64,000 nt of DNA from Dehalococcoidia bacterium UBA5620 (GCA_002423605.1 DIKK01000028.1:177097-241096); one strand, 5' to 3'. Positions 1 through 10,446 are shown, counted from the stretch's first letter. The notes: a model not told the origin generated them from the sequence alone. Numbers and translations: made by a program.

Positions 1-1505
<1,505 letters not shown>

Positions 1506-1541
1506 TTACTACAAATCTTAGTTACACTATTCCTGATACAT

Positions 1542-1835
1542 CTAGCCTTTCTTGGCCAGTATGTCGCTTTCCCTGAGGATGATCAGTTCATCACCATCTT
1601 CTTTGATCTCGGTGCCGCCATACTTGGCATAGATCACCACATCGCCTACCTTGACATCCATGGCTATGCGCTTACCATCTTCTGTCATCCTTCCAGGACC
1701 TACCGCAAGCACCTTGCCATCCTGTGGCTTTTCCTTGGCTGTGTCAGGTATAAATATGCCCCCTTTGGTGATCTCCTCCTTGGGCATCGGCTTCACCACT
1801 ACTCTGTCGCCCAAAGGCTGAAGTTTTATCGCCAT
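1542..1835 (-). CDS. groS: Co-chaperonin GroES
   Basis: [11 protein letters not shown]...[14 protein letters not shown]...[10 protein letters not shown] motifs; adjacent to groEL. Confidence 0.98.
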   Translation of the reverse strand: MAIKLQPLGDRVVVKPMPKEEITKGGIFIPDTAKEKPQDGKVLAVGPGRMTEDGKRIAMDVKVGDVVIYAKYGGTEIKEDGDELIILRESDILAKKG

Positions 1836-1858
1836 CTGTAACCTCCCTTAGTTTAATT

Positions 1859-1885
1859 TTAGCAGTCTTTACCTAAGACTGCTAA
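1859..1885. promoter_or_regulatory. CIRCE (HrcA operator) variant
   Basis: Perfect inverted repeat TTAGCAGTC-N9-GACTGCTAA between the promoter and groES; canonical CIRCE is TTAGCACTC-N9-GAGTGCTAA. Confidence 0.9.
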
Positions 1886-1887
1886 CT

Positions 1888-1916
1888 ATGATAGCACAAT
1901 AAAACTCCCATGTAAA
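1888..1916 (-). promoter_or_regulatory. Sigma70-type promoter of groESL
   Basis: Minus strand TTTACA-N17-TATCAT with an extended -10 TG, directly upstream of the CIRCE. Confidence 0.7.
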
Positions 1917-1947
1917 GTACAAATTGATTTTCTGGCCAGGAAAAAAT

Positions 1948-2256
1948 TTACATATTGTACCCCGCCTTTTTGTAATCCTCTCTGGCTCTCTCCTCCAAAC
2001 CAGTCTTATCGGCAAGCTCGGCAGCATGGCTCCACATCCCCTCATGTTCATAGCCACGCAGCTTCTCTTCCGTTTCCATTACCTCATCGGGCGTCTCGAT
2101 AATGCAAGCCCGGAATTTGGATGGTATCTTCTCCACCGGAGCTTTACATCGGGGACAGCCCCTAAGTGGTGGATCGGAAATCTTCTGTATGACCTCGAGG
2201 CGGTCACGACAGTATTCACAACCATTACCTGTCGACCTGTACTCATAGATAGGCAT
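1948..2256 (-). CDS. FmdB-family zinc-ribbon protein
   Basis: MPIYEY start with CEYC and CPRC pairs. Confidence 0.8.
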   Translation of the reverse strand: MPIYEYRSTGNGCEYCRDRLEVIQKISDPPLRGCPRCKAPVEKIPSKFRACIIETPDEVMETEEKLRGYEHEGMWSHAAELADKTGLEERAREDYKKAGYNM

Positions 2257-2320
2257 ATTAAATCATCTTTATAGAGAGTACCAACACTCTCTTCGGCCTC
2301 CTTTATCCCCAGTCTTGAGG

Positions 2321-2342
2321 AAAATTAGAAACATCTAATTTT
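2321..2342. repeat. Perfect 9-bp inverted repeat, possible operator
   Basis: AAAATTAGA-aaca-TCTAATTTT in the divergent intergenic region. Confidence 0.5.
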
Positions 2343-2406
2343 GCCACTACAGGAAACAGAATGTCTACTTTGACGTGTTTACGTTTTACCACATAAAATA
2401 AATACG

Positions 2407-2620
2407 GTGGCTAAGAAAAAAAGCGCGAATTGACTGGGACAAGCAACGGCGCTACGTCAGCATCTAGAATTGACACAAGCCGATCTCGGTGAGCAGTTAG
2501 TCGCCCGTCAGCAGACGATAAGCGAGCGGGAAACAGGTATGTACAAGCCACAGGGCTATCTGTAACCCTGCTCACTACTAGGATGGTTGATACCAAGAAA
2601 GCAAGGGTGCTCTAACAATG
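2407..2620 (+). pseudogene. Frameshifted XRE-family helix-turn-helix regulator
   Basis: Pieces in different frames: MAKKK / ARIDWDKQR / ALRQHLELTQADLGEQLVARQQTISERETGMYKPQG / SVTLLT, matching the HTH_3 pattern LTQxxLxxxLGxxQQTISxWExG. Confidence 0.75.
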
Positions 2621-2835
2621 GCGGTACTATAGAACGGGGTCAGGTTACAGTCACCACGCCAAATGTACAATCTTTCCAGCCCCTTAAACTAAAAAACACC
2701 ACGTCCTATTTGAAACCACCATTTTCCCGGCCGCGCCAAATTTCTTAATCAGGTGACAGAGGCATCCTTACGAAAATTGGTTTTGCTTATTGCGTGGCAA
2801 TCTGCTGCGATTGAAAGTTGTCAAGGTATACCTTA

Positions 2836-2885
2836 GTCAACCTGAATTGTGTCAACCTGGATCAGTCAACCTGACTCAGGTTGAC
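2836..2885. repeat. Array of GTCAACCTG x3 plus inverted CAGGTTGAC, putative operator
   Basis: Exact 9-mers at 2836, 2851 and 2865, and the reverse complement at 2877. Confidence 0.85.
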
Positions 2886-2910
2886 CCACAAAGGCATTTT
2901 CTGATAAACT
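2881..2910 (+). promoter_or_regulatory. Putative sigma70 promoter of the redox operon
   Basis: TTGACC-N18-TAAACT with TG upstream of the -10; the -35 overlaps the inverted repeat copy. Confidence 0.45.
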
Positions 2911-2949
2911 TTCCCTCTGGTTTTGCTAGCTTGTGTTCAGGAGTCTGTA

Positions 2950-3225
2950 GTGTCGAGTGCATTAGACGAGATGTTGGCTGAACATAAAGACGAAAAGGGT
3001 ACGTTAATTCCCATTCTGCAAAAAGTTCAGCAGGAATTTGGCTATCTGTCCCCCGAAGCGATATCCGAGGTATCCAGGTTCACAGGTTATTCCGAAAACG
3101 AGATATTCGGAGTTAGCTCCGAAAGCGTAACTAATATCCTGGCGAATACGGCACTAGACACTATAGCCAAAATACCGGAATCCAAGGTGTGCGCTGTAAG
3201 AATTGAGGGGGTTCATAAGAAATGA
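2950..3225 (+). pseudogene. Chimeric remnant: NuoE N-terminus fused to formate dehydrogenase alpha C-terminus
   Basis: GTLIPILQKVQQEFGYLSPEAISEVSRFTGYSENEIFGV is NuoE-like but has no 2Fe-2S cysteines. It joins ESVTNILANTALDTIAKIPESKVCAVRIE, resembling the FdhF C-terminal NxLTxxALDPxAKIPEyKVCAVRiE. RBS CAGGAG precedes GTG 2950. Confidence 0.75.
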
Positions 3226-5414
3226 AAGATCTCGGCTTGATCATCGACGGACACTCAATAACAGCCATGGAGGGGATGACAATATTCCAGGCTGCCAGCA
3301 AAGCAGGCATATACATCCCAAGCCTGTGTGCTCATCCCGACCTACCGCCTTCAGGAGAATGTGGATTATGTTTGGTACAAATTGATAATCAGCCTGAGTT
3401 TGCCATCTCCTGCACTACAAAGGTAGCTGATAACATGGTGGTTCACACAAACACGTCAGAGCTTAGAAAAAAGCAATGCGAAGTCATCGAGAAAATTTTG
3501 TCTGAGCATCCTAACTCTTGTCTCACCTGTTGGCGTAAGGAGCGTTGCAAACCATTCGATATATGTCTGAGAAACGTTGCTGTCACCGAACGATGTGTCA
3601 CCTGCCCTGAAAATGGACGCTGCGAACTGCAGAGAGTGGTCGATTTCCTCGATGTCAAGATGGAGACCATTCCCTATGAATACAGGGGATTGTCGGTGAA
3701 CAGACAGAATCCCTTCTTCGATCTAGATTATAACCTGTGCATCGCCTGTGGACGGTGTATCAGCGCATGTCGGGATTTGCGAGGAGTGAAAGCTCTTGAT
3801 TTTATTGAACTGAACGGCTATCGAGTAGCCGGACCACATCAAAACAACGATCATAAGGACTCGGGGTGCAAGTTTTGCTTTACCTGCGTTGAAGTATGTC
3901 CTACCGGAGCGCTGGTAGACAGACCAGCACGATATCAATCAATTGCAGATTGGGAAGCATATGTTGTTCCCTGTCGCAATGCCTGCCCGGCCCATATAGA
4001 TATACCCCGCTACGTGAAACTTGTGGCTGATGGGAAATACAGCGAAGCCCTAGCCGTAGTGCGTGAGAAAGTACCTTTCCCCGGCACCCTGGGACGTGTC
4101 TGCATCCATCCCTGCGAACAGGCCTGCCGGCGTGGTCAACTAAACGACCCGATTTGCATCAAGTTCCTTAAAAGATTCGCGTCTGACCACGATAATGCGC
4201 TATGGAAGCAGAATTCTAAGATAGCGCCGCCAACTGGTAAGAAAGTGGCTGTAGTTGGAGCTGGTCCAGCCGGTCTAACTACGGCTTTCTATCTGGCTAA
4301 GCTGGGACATTCAGTGACTGTTTTCGAGGCGTTACCAAAGCCGGGAGGCATGATGCGGGTAGGTATCCCCGCTTACCGTCTACCACGGGAAATACTGGAT
4401 GCGGAAATTAAAGAGATTGAAAATGTAGGCGTGGAAATAAAAACCAATGCCAGAATCGAATCGCTAGATGAGCTATTTCAGCAAGGATACGATGCCATAT
4501 TCATAGGCATAGGCGCTCACAAAGGACAAAAAGCAGGAGTCAAGGGAGAGGACCTCCCCGGGGTAATGGATGGTGTGGATTTCCTCCGCCGTGTGAGCCT
4601 GGGAGAGAAAATAGAAATCGGCAGCAGAATTGCCGTTATCGGCGGCGGCAATGCGGCAATAGACTGCGCTCGGACGTCACCGCGCATCGGAGCCAAAGAG
4701 GTAATTATAGTCTACCGGCGCACCCGCGCTGAAATGCCGGCAGCTCCAGAAGAAGTAGAAGAAGCAATTAAAGAAGGCGTTGAAATAATATTCCTGGCAG
4801 CACCCAACGAGATACGACGCAAAGACGATGGAAACCTCGAGTTAGAATGTACGCGTATGGAGCTGGGAGAGCCAGATGCCAGCGGCAGGCGCCGCCCGGT
4901 ACCGGTCCCGGGAAGTGAATTTGTCATAGAGTTCGACAACATCATCTCCAGCATCGGTCAGACTTCTGACATCCCCACTAAATACGAGGTTGAAATCGGC
5001 AGAGGCAACATCATAAAAGTGAGTAGCAAGACGTTGGAAACAAGCCGCAAGGGTGTGTTCGCCGGTGGCGACATCGTCAGCGGCCCTGCATCGGTCATCG
5101 GAGCCATCGCCCACGGTAGACAAGCAGCCCGCTACATAGATAAATACTTGGGCGGCAGCGGCAAGATAGACGAGGTTCTAGCACCCATCGAAGAGACAGA
5201 CACCTGGCTGGGTCCCGATTCCGACTTTGCCGACAGGCGTCAGCCGGCTATGTCCTGTATTGGGAACAAAGAACGTTTAACTGGATTTACCGAGGTTGAG
5301 CTCGGCTATCCAGAGATAATAGCTATCGAAGAAGCAAAACGCTGCTTGCGATGCGAGCTCAGACTTCGATTATCTTCTCCCATCTCGCCACCTGTCAAAG
5401 TCAAATCTGTTTAA
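3222..5414 (+). CDS. FeS-flavoprotein: NuoG/HydA-like 2Fe-2S and 4Fe-4S N-terminus fused to a GltD/NfnB-like FAD/NAD(P)H oxidoreductase
   Basis: C..PSGECGLC...C; HPNSCLTC; CIACGRCISAC; CKFCFTCVEVCP; PCRNACPAH; GAGPAG; GGGNAA; EAKRCLRC. Confidence 0.85.
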   Translation: MKDLGLIIDGHSITAMEGMTIFQAASKAGIYIPSLCAHPDLPPSGECGLCLVQIDNQPEFAISCTTKVADNMVVHTNTSELRKKQCEVIEKILSEHPNSCLTCWRKERCKPFDICLRNVAVTERCVTCPENGRCELQRVVDFLDVKMETIPYEYRGLSVNRQNPFFDLDYNLCIACGRCISACRDLRGVKALDFIELNGYRVAGPHQNNDHKDSGCKFCFTCVEVCPTGALVDRPARYQSIADWEAYVVPCRNACPAHIDIPRYVKLVADGKYSEALAVVREKVPFPGTLGRVCIHPCEQACRRGQLNDPICIKFLKRFASDHDNALWKQNSKIAPPTGKKVAVVGAGPAGLTTAFYLAKLGHSVTVFEALPKPGGMMRVGIPAYRLPREILDAEIKEIENVGVEIKTNARIESLDELFQQGYDAIFIGIGAHKGQKAGVKGEDLPGVMDGVDFLRRVSLGEKIEIGSRIAVIGGGNAAIDCARTSPRIGAKEVIIVYRRTRAEMPAAPEEVEEAIKEGVEIIFLAAPNEIRRKDDGNLELECTRMELGEPDASGRRRPVPVPGSEFVIEFDNIISSIGQTSDIPTKYEVEIGRGNIIKVSSKTLETSRKGVFAGGDIVSGPASVIGAIAHGRQAARYIDKYLGGSGKIDEVLAPIEETDTWLGPDSDFADRRQPAMSCIGNKERLTGFTEVELGYPEIIAIEEAKRCLRCELRLRLSSPISPPVKVKSV

Positions 5415-5426
5415 TCGGAGGTAAGT

Positions 5427-6266
5427 ATGTATAGGGTTGTGGCTAAAGAAAAGCTTTGCCCTGCTATCGACTTTATGAAAATTGAGGCACCTACAATAGC
5501 CAGAAAGGCTAAACCGGGCCAATTTGTGGTTATTCGCATTGATGAAGTCGGCGAACGTATTCCGCTTACACTAGCTGATTGGGATGAGAAAGAGGGAACC
5601 ATCAGTCTTGTAGCCATGCAAGTGGGAACCACTACATACAAACTAGCCTGTCTTAATGCCGGTGACCATATTTTAGACCTGGTAGGTCCCCTAGGTTTAC
5701 CATCCCATATAGAGAAATTTGGCACTGTAGTCTGTATCGGTGGTGGCGTCGGTGTAGCTCCTATATTTCCCATAGCCAGAGCATTAAGGCAAGCTGGGAA
5801 TAAGGTCATATCGATAATAGGCGCTAGAAGCAAAGACTTGCTTTTTTGGGAAGATCGTTTGCGAAGTGTCAGCGATGAGCTGATAGTTACCACTGATGAT
5901 GGTTCATACGCTCGTAAGGGAGTAGTGACCGAGCCCTTGAAAGAGGTGCTAACAAAAGGTGAACAAGTTAGCCGGGTTATCGCAATCGGCCCAGCCATAA
6001 TGATGAAGTTTTGCTCTTTGACTACCAAGCCTTTCGGGGTCACTACTATCGTCAGCCTTAATTCAATCATGGTCGATGGTACGGGGATGTGCGGCTGTTG
6101 CCGCGTTTCGGTGGGTGGTATGACTAAATTCGTCTGCGTTGATGGCCCAGAACTAGATGGCCATGAAGTCGACTGGGAACTTCTATTCAACCGACAACGG
6201 ATTTACTGTGACGAGGAAAAACAATCTATGGAACTGTGGAAATCATGCCACTGCCAAAGGTCGTGA
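5427..6266 (+). CDS. nfnA: NfnA/SudB-like FAD/NAD(H)-binding 2Fe-2S subunit
   Basis: PGQFV, ERIPLT, GPLG, GGGVG and DGTGMCGCCRV...VCVDGP motifs; directly upstream of an nfnB-like gene. Confidence 0.9.
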   Translation: MYRVVAKEKLCPAIDFMKIEAPTIARKAKPGQFVVIRIDEVGERIPLTLADWDEKEGTISLVAMQVGTTTYKLACLNAGDHILDLVGPLGLPSHIEKFGTVVCIGGGVGVAPIFPIARALRQAGNKVISIIGARSKDLLFWEDRLRSVSDELIVTTDDGSYARKGVVTEPLKEVLTKGEQVSRVIAIGPAIMMKFCSLTTKPFGVTTIVSLNSIMVDGTGMCGCCRVSVGGMTKFVCVDGPELDGHEVDWELLFNRQRIYCDEEKQSMELWKSCHCQRS

Positions 6267-6281
6267 ATTTGGAGGCTAAAC

Positions 6282-7691
6282 ATGGCAGAAAAACCAAAAA
6301 TCAATTTAAATAGAGTCTCTATGCCCCAGCAAGACCCGAATGTCAGAGCAAAAAATTACGATGAAGTTGCTTTGGGCTACAGTGAGGGAATGGCATTCGA
6401 GGAAGCGAATCGTTGCATTCAATGCCCCAAGCGTCCGTGTGTTGATGGCTGCCCAGTAAATGTGGATATCCCTGACTTCATTAATGCAATACGAGACAAC
6501 AATATGCCTGAGGCAGTAAGGCTACTCAAAAGCAAAAATAGCTTGCCGGGTATCTGCGGGAGAGTTTGCCCCCAAGAGACACAATGTGAAGAAGTTTGCT
6601 CGTTGGGTAAAAAGGGATCTCCTATAGCTATCGGACGTCTGGAACGTTATGTGGCAGATTGGGAACTAAACCATAGCACAAGCAAAAGTCCATCGCCCAC
6701 CACCATCTTACCATCATCAACAGGGAAAAAGGTGGCTGTGATTGGCTCAGGGCCAGCGGGGTTAACCTGTGCCGCTGACCTGGCCAAGATGGGGCACGAG
6801 GTGACCATTTTCGAGGCGCTCCACGTTGCCGGCGGTGTGTTGATGTACGGCATTCCTGAATTCAGACTACCTAAGAACATCGTCCAGGGTGAAGTTGATT
6901 ATGTCAGATCTTTAGGAGTAGACATCAGTCTCAACTCAGTAATGGGCAAATTAACTACTGTTGACGAGCTTTTGGAGAGTGGTTACGATGCTGTCTTTTT
7001 AGGCACTGGTGCCGGGCTACCCATGTTCCTTGATATTCCCGGTGAGAATCTCAACGGCATTTACTCAGCTAATGAATTCCTTACCAGGGTCAATTTAATG
7101 AAGGCTTATCTCTTCCCCCAATATGATACTCCGATAAAGATAGGGAAAAGAGTAGCGGTTATCGGTGGCGGCAATGTAGCTATGGACTCTGCCCGCTGTG
7201 CTCTGAGGCTTGGAGCAGATAAAGTTTATATCGTCTACCGACGTTCCCGAGTTGAGATGCCAGCACGGCATGAGGAGTTAGAAAACGCCGAGGAAGAGGG
7301 GATTATCTTCAAGCTCCTCACCAACCCAAAACGATTCATAGGCAATGACCAGGGGTGGGTAACAGCTATGGAATGTCATGAGATGGAACTTGGAGAGCCT
7401 GATGCCAGCGGCAGATGCCGTCCCATAGTCAAAGGAGGCAGCGAGTTTACTATAGATGTTGATGTGGCTATTGTGGCTCTGGGGACTACCCCCAATCCTC
7501 TGATTCCATCAACTACTAAGGGGCTGGAGACAACAAAACGAGGAACTGTGGTTGCTGATGAGCAAACTGGTAAGACAGTAAAGGATAAGGTCTGGTCAGG
7601 AGGCGACGCTGTCACCGGTGCAGCTACTGTTATCAGCGCTATGGGTGCTGGGAAGCGAGCTGCTGCTTCAATCGATGCTTCCTTGAAGTAA
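6282..7691 (+). CDS. nfnB: NfnB/SudA-like NADPH-dependent oxidoreductase (GltD family)
   Basis: EANRCIQCPKRPCVDGCP, GRVCPQETQCE, GSGPAG, YGIPEFRLP, GGGNVAMD, GDAVTGAATV. Confidence 0.9.
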   Translation: MAEKPKINLNRVSMPQQDPNVRAKNYDEVALGYSEGMAFEEANRCIQCPKRPCVDGCPVNVDIPDFINAIRDNNMPEAVRLLKSKNSLPGICGRVCPQETQCEEVCSLGKKGSPIAIGRLERYVADWELNHSTSKSPSPTTILPSSTGKKVAVIGSGPAGLTCAADLAKMGHEVTIFEALHVAGGVLMYGIPEFRLPKNIVQGEVDYVRSLGVDISLNSVMGKLTTVDELLESGYDAVFLGTGAGLPMFLDIPGENLNGIYSANEFLTRVNLMKAYLFPQYDTPIKIGKRVAVIGGGNVAMDSARCALRLGADKVYIVYRRSRVEMPARHEELENAEEEGIIFKLLTNPKRFIGNDQGWVTAMECHEMELGEPDASGRCRPIVKGGSEFTIDVDVAIVALGTTPNPLIPSTTKGLETTKRGTVVADEQTGKTVKDKVWSGGDAVTGAATVISAMGAGKRAAASIDASLK

Positions 7692-7767
7692 AACAGACAG
7701 GTCACTCCTCATCGAGTTTCCGTAGGCCAAATCGAAATCAGAATTCTGCTTACAGGCAACTCGGAAC

Positions 7768-7795
7768 TTGACAAGTACCCTAAAAGTGCTAAAAT
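7768..7795 (+). promoter_or_regulatory. Sigma70 promoter upstream of the T-box
   Basis: TTGACA-N16-TAAAAT with extended -10 TG. Confidence 0.7.
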
Positions 7796-7814
7796 GTAGT
7801 CCAACTAAATACTA

Positions 7815-8090
7815 AAAGGCTGAGAATAGGACTAGTAAGCCTTGAGCGGAGCCATAGAGAGTCAGGTTAGGTGGAAGCTGACGCTAGCGCGGAGGTTGAA
7901 TGGACCTAGGAGCCGCAAGCTGAAAGGTAGCTAATACGAGTAGGCTGTGACGCAGAGGGCAGCGTTATCAAAACCCAGGGTATCGTCCCGATAGAAACTG
8001 GAACCGTACCTGAAAAAGATAGTCGCTAAGACTAACAAGGGTGGCACCGCGAAGATTAAGCCTCTCGCCCCTTAGGCGAGAGGCTTTTTT
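7815..8090 (+). ncRNA. T-box riboswitch, Trp (UGG) specifier
   Basis: Stem I motifs AGTA and AGAGA...GGTGGAAGCTGA; specifier GAA-TGG at 7898-7903; T-box AACAAGGGTGGCACCGCG at 8034-8051; terminator follows; downstream gene is trpB2. Confidence 0.93.
8058..8090 (+). terminator. T-box intrinsic terminator
   Basis: AAGCCTCTCGCC-loop-GGCGAGAGGCTT followed by a T run. Confidence 0.92.
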
Positions 8091-8214
8091 ATTTAAGAAT
8101 TGCAAAAAAGGAGGTTACAAAATGGCAATGACATCACAAAGATGGCCAGGGAGAGCCACAAAACAGGTCAATTACACCAAGTAAAAATCGGACTAAAAAA
8201 ATAAGGAGATTAAT

Positions 8215-9582
8215 ATGAAACAAGTTAAATTTATGCTAAGCGAAAAGGAAATGCCTACATCTTGGTACAATATCCTGCCTGACCTGCCAAAGCCGTTGCC
8301 GCCACTGCTACACCCCGGCACCAAGGAGCCGACGATCCTGCCTCCGCCGCTGTTTCCCTCGGCAATGAGGGACCAAGAATTCAGCAAAGAACGCTACATT
8401 GAAATCCCTGAAGAGGTGCAGGATATCTACAAAATATGGCGTCCAACCCCGCTACACCGCGCTTACCGTCTGGAAAAGGCTCTGGACACCCCAGCCAAAA
8501 TCTTCTACAAGTACGAAGGAGTAAGTCCTGCTGGAAGTCATAAGCTTAACACCGCCATTGCTCAGGCTTACTATGCCAAGCAAGATGGCATCAAGCGCTT
8601 TGCCACAGAAACAGGCGCTGGCCAGTGGGGCAGCGCTCTATCATTAGGCACTGCTTTCTTTGGGCTCGAGTGCAAGGTTTATATGGTCAAGGTAAGCTAC
8701 CAACAGAAGCCTTACCGCCGTATCATGATGGAGACATGGGGTGCCAAGTGTGTTGCCAGCCCCAGCGAGGATACCGCAATCGGTCGTAAAATTTTGGCAG
8801 AGGATCCGCATTCACCTGGTAGCCTCGGCATTGCCATAAGTGAGGCAATTGAGGATGCCTTCGGTCGAGATGACACATACTATTCAATCGGCAGCGTCAT
8901 TAACTGTGTCTTACTTCACCAGACAGTTATTGGCCAGGAAGCCAAGAAACAGATGGAGATGGCAGGTTTCTATCCTGACATCATCGTCGGCTGCGTCGGC
9001 GGCGGCAGCAACTTCGCTGGCATGTTTTTACCCTTTGTCAAAGACAAATTGGAGGGTAAAAAACCCAAACTCCGCATCATAAACGTCGAACCTGAAGCAT
9101 GCCCTTCTTTGACTCAAGGGCCTTACGCCTGGGACTATGGAGATATAGCCGGTATGGCGCCAATAGCCAAGATGAATACTTTAGGTCACACATTCATTCC
9201 CGACAAGATACATGCTGGTGGATTGCGTTACCATGGTATGGCACCGATAATCTGCCACCTTCATCAATTGGGATTTGTCGAAGCCAAGGCCGTACCGCAG
9301 ACAACAACATTCGAAGCAGGTATACAATTCGCTAGAACTGAGGGCATTATCTCCGCTCCAGAGACAAGTCACGCTATTAGAGTAGCTATCGACGAGGCAT
9401 TAGCTTGCAAAAAATCAGGAGAAAGCAAGACTATCCTGCTAGCTCACAGCGGACATGGTCACTTCGACCTGGCAGCCTATGATGACTACCTCACTGGGAA
9501 GATAAAAGACCACAAGGTTTCCGCAGCAAAAATAAAAGAAGCCTTAGCTCAACTACCACAAGTAGAATACGCAGGAGCCTAA
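8215..9582 (+). CDS. trpB: TrpB2 (tryptophan synthase beta-like, stand-alone)
   Basis: 455 aa; GSHKLNTA (PLP lysine), [26 protein letters not shown]; no adjacent trpA. Confidence 0.95.
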   Translation: MKQVKFMLSEKEMPTSWYNILPDLPKPLPPLLHPGTKEPTILPPPLFPSAMRDQEFSKERYIEIPEEVQDIYKIWRPTPLHRAYRLEKALDTPAKIFYKYEGVSPAGSHKLNTAIAQAYYAKQDGIKRFATETGAGQWGSALSLGTAFFGLECKVYMVKVSYQQKPYRRIMMETWGAKCVASPSEDTAIGRKILAEDPHSPGSLGIAISEAIEDAFGRDDTYYSIGSVINCVLLHQTVIGQEAKKQMEMAGFYPDIIVGCVGGGSNFAGMFLPFVKDKLEGKKPKLRIINVEPEACPSLTQGPYAWDYGDIAGMAPIAKMNTLGHTFIPDKIHAGGLRYHGMAPIICHLHQLGFVEAKAVPQTTTFEAGIQFARTEGIISAPETSHAIRVAIDEALACKKSGESKTILLAHSGHGHFDLAAYDDYLTGKIKDHKVSAAKIKEALAQLPQVEYAGA

Positions 9583-9608
9583 AAACAAAGGCTAGTCTAA
9601 ACACAAGA

Positions 9609-9652
9609 TAGGCGGCAGGGATTCTGTCATCAGATAGAGCCCCTACCGCCTA
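9609..9652. terminator. Hairpin after trpB2
   Basis: TAGGCGGCAGGG...CCCTACCGCCTA, an 11/12 stem between convergent genes. Confidence 0.5.
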
Positions 9653-9669
9653 TTACATTAACTTTAAAC

Positions 9670-10390
9670 CTACAGAACAAACATGTCGTCATAGCCGACC
9701 TTAATATCAACCCCAATGCCCCTGCTAACGTATGCAAGCTCCTGCTCTATTCCCTCCCGCCACTGAGGCAGTATATAGACAACGATAACACGTGGCAGGT
9801 ACCCTTTCATTTTGCGGAATTGTGCACCAGCTCTTCTCCAAGAAGTTGCGGAGAAAGGTGCCCTACGCTCACAAAATGGTCTTTTATCGCATCAAGTCCC
9901 AGGACTTCAATTAAAAGTAATTGGAGTAAAATATTCTCCCAGCAATAGATGCTAGACCAGGTTCAGTATCACCAGTATAGAAGAAGTTGCCATCTCTGGA
10001 AGTGACCTGAAAATCAACAGCGGTCACGGACTGATTTACCGGTAAAGCCAGTATCTCATAGTCTTGGACTACCAACTTTCAAAAGGCCTGATAGCTTTTA
10101 GCTGTAGAAACAGATTTTATTTAGATGGCCACCATGAAAAATAGCATATATCTGCCATCAAGAAGGCAGTTGGTAATCACTTCGAGGGATTCTTGCAGAG
10201 AATATACTTAAACCGGGGCAGAGGATACGATACCATCCGCTCCGAAAGTAACCAGATACAGGGTAGGGTCGAAATGATGATGCGTGACTTTTATTTTTTG
10301 CTGCCCGACCATAGATAGACTCGATATGAAAGAACTGGCATCTAATACCAAAACAGCATCAACAAGCAAAAGCAGCGATATTTTACCTCA
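9670..10390 (-). pseudogene. Degraded metallo-beta-lactamase-fold hydrolase (class II cAMP phosphodiesterase-like)
   Basis: Fragments LVDAVLVLDASSFISSLS..QQKIKVTHHHFDP (decayed HxHxDH), FFYTGDT, GHLSPQLL, GYLPRVIVV, VGYDDMFVL*, across several frameshifts and stops. Confidence 0.75.
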
Positions 10391-10446
10391 ACAAAGACCC
10401 ATGTTAAAATTGAGGCATTATTGATGAAAATTAAGTGGGAAAATCG

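Noticed and set aside
2836-2885. Short repeats as a possible CRISPR array
   Set aside because: Repeats are 9 bp with 5-6 bp spacers, far too short, and there are no cas genes; treated as an operator.
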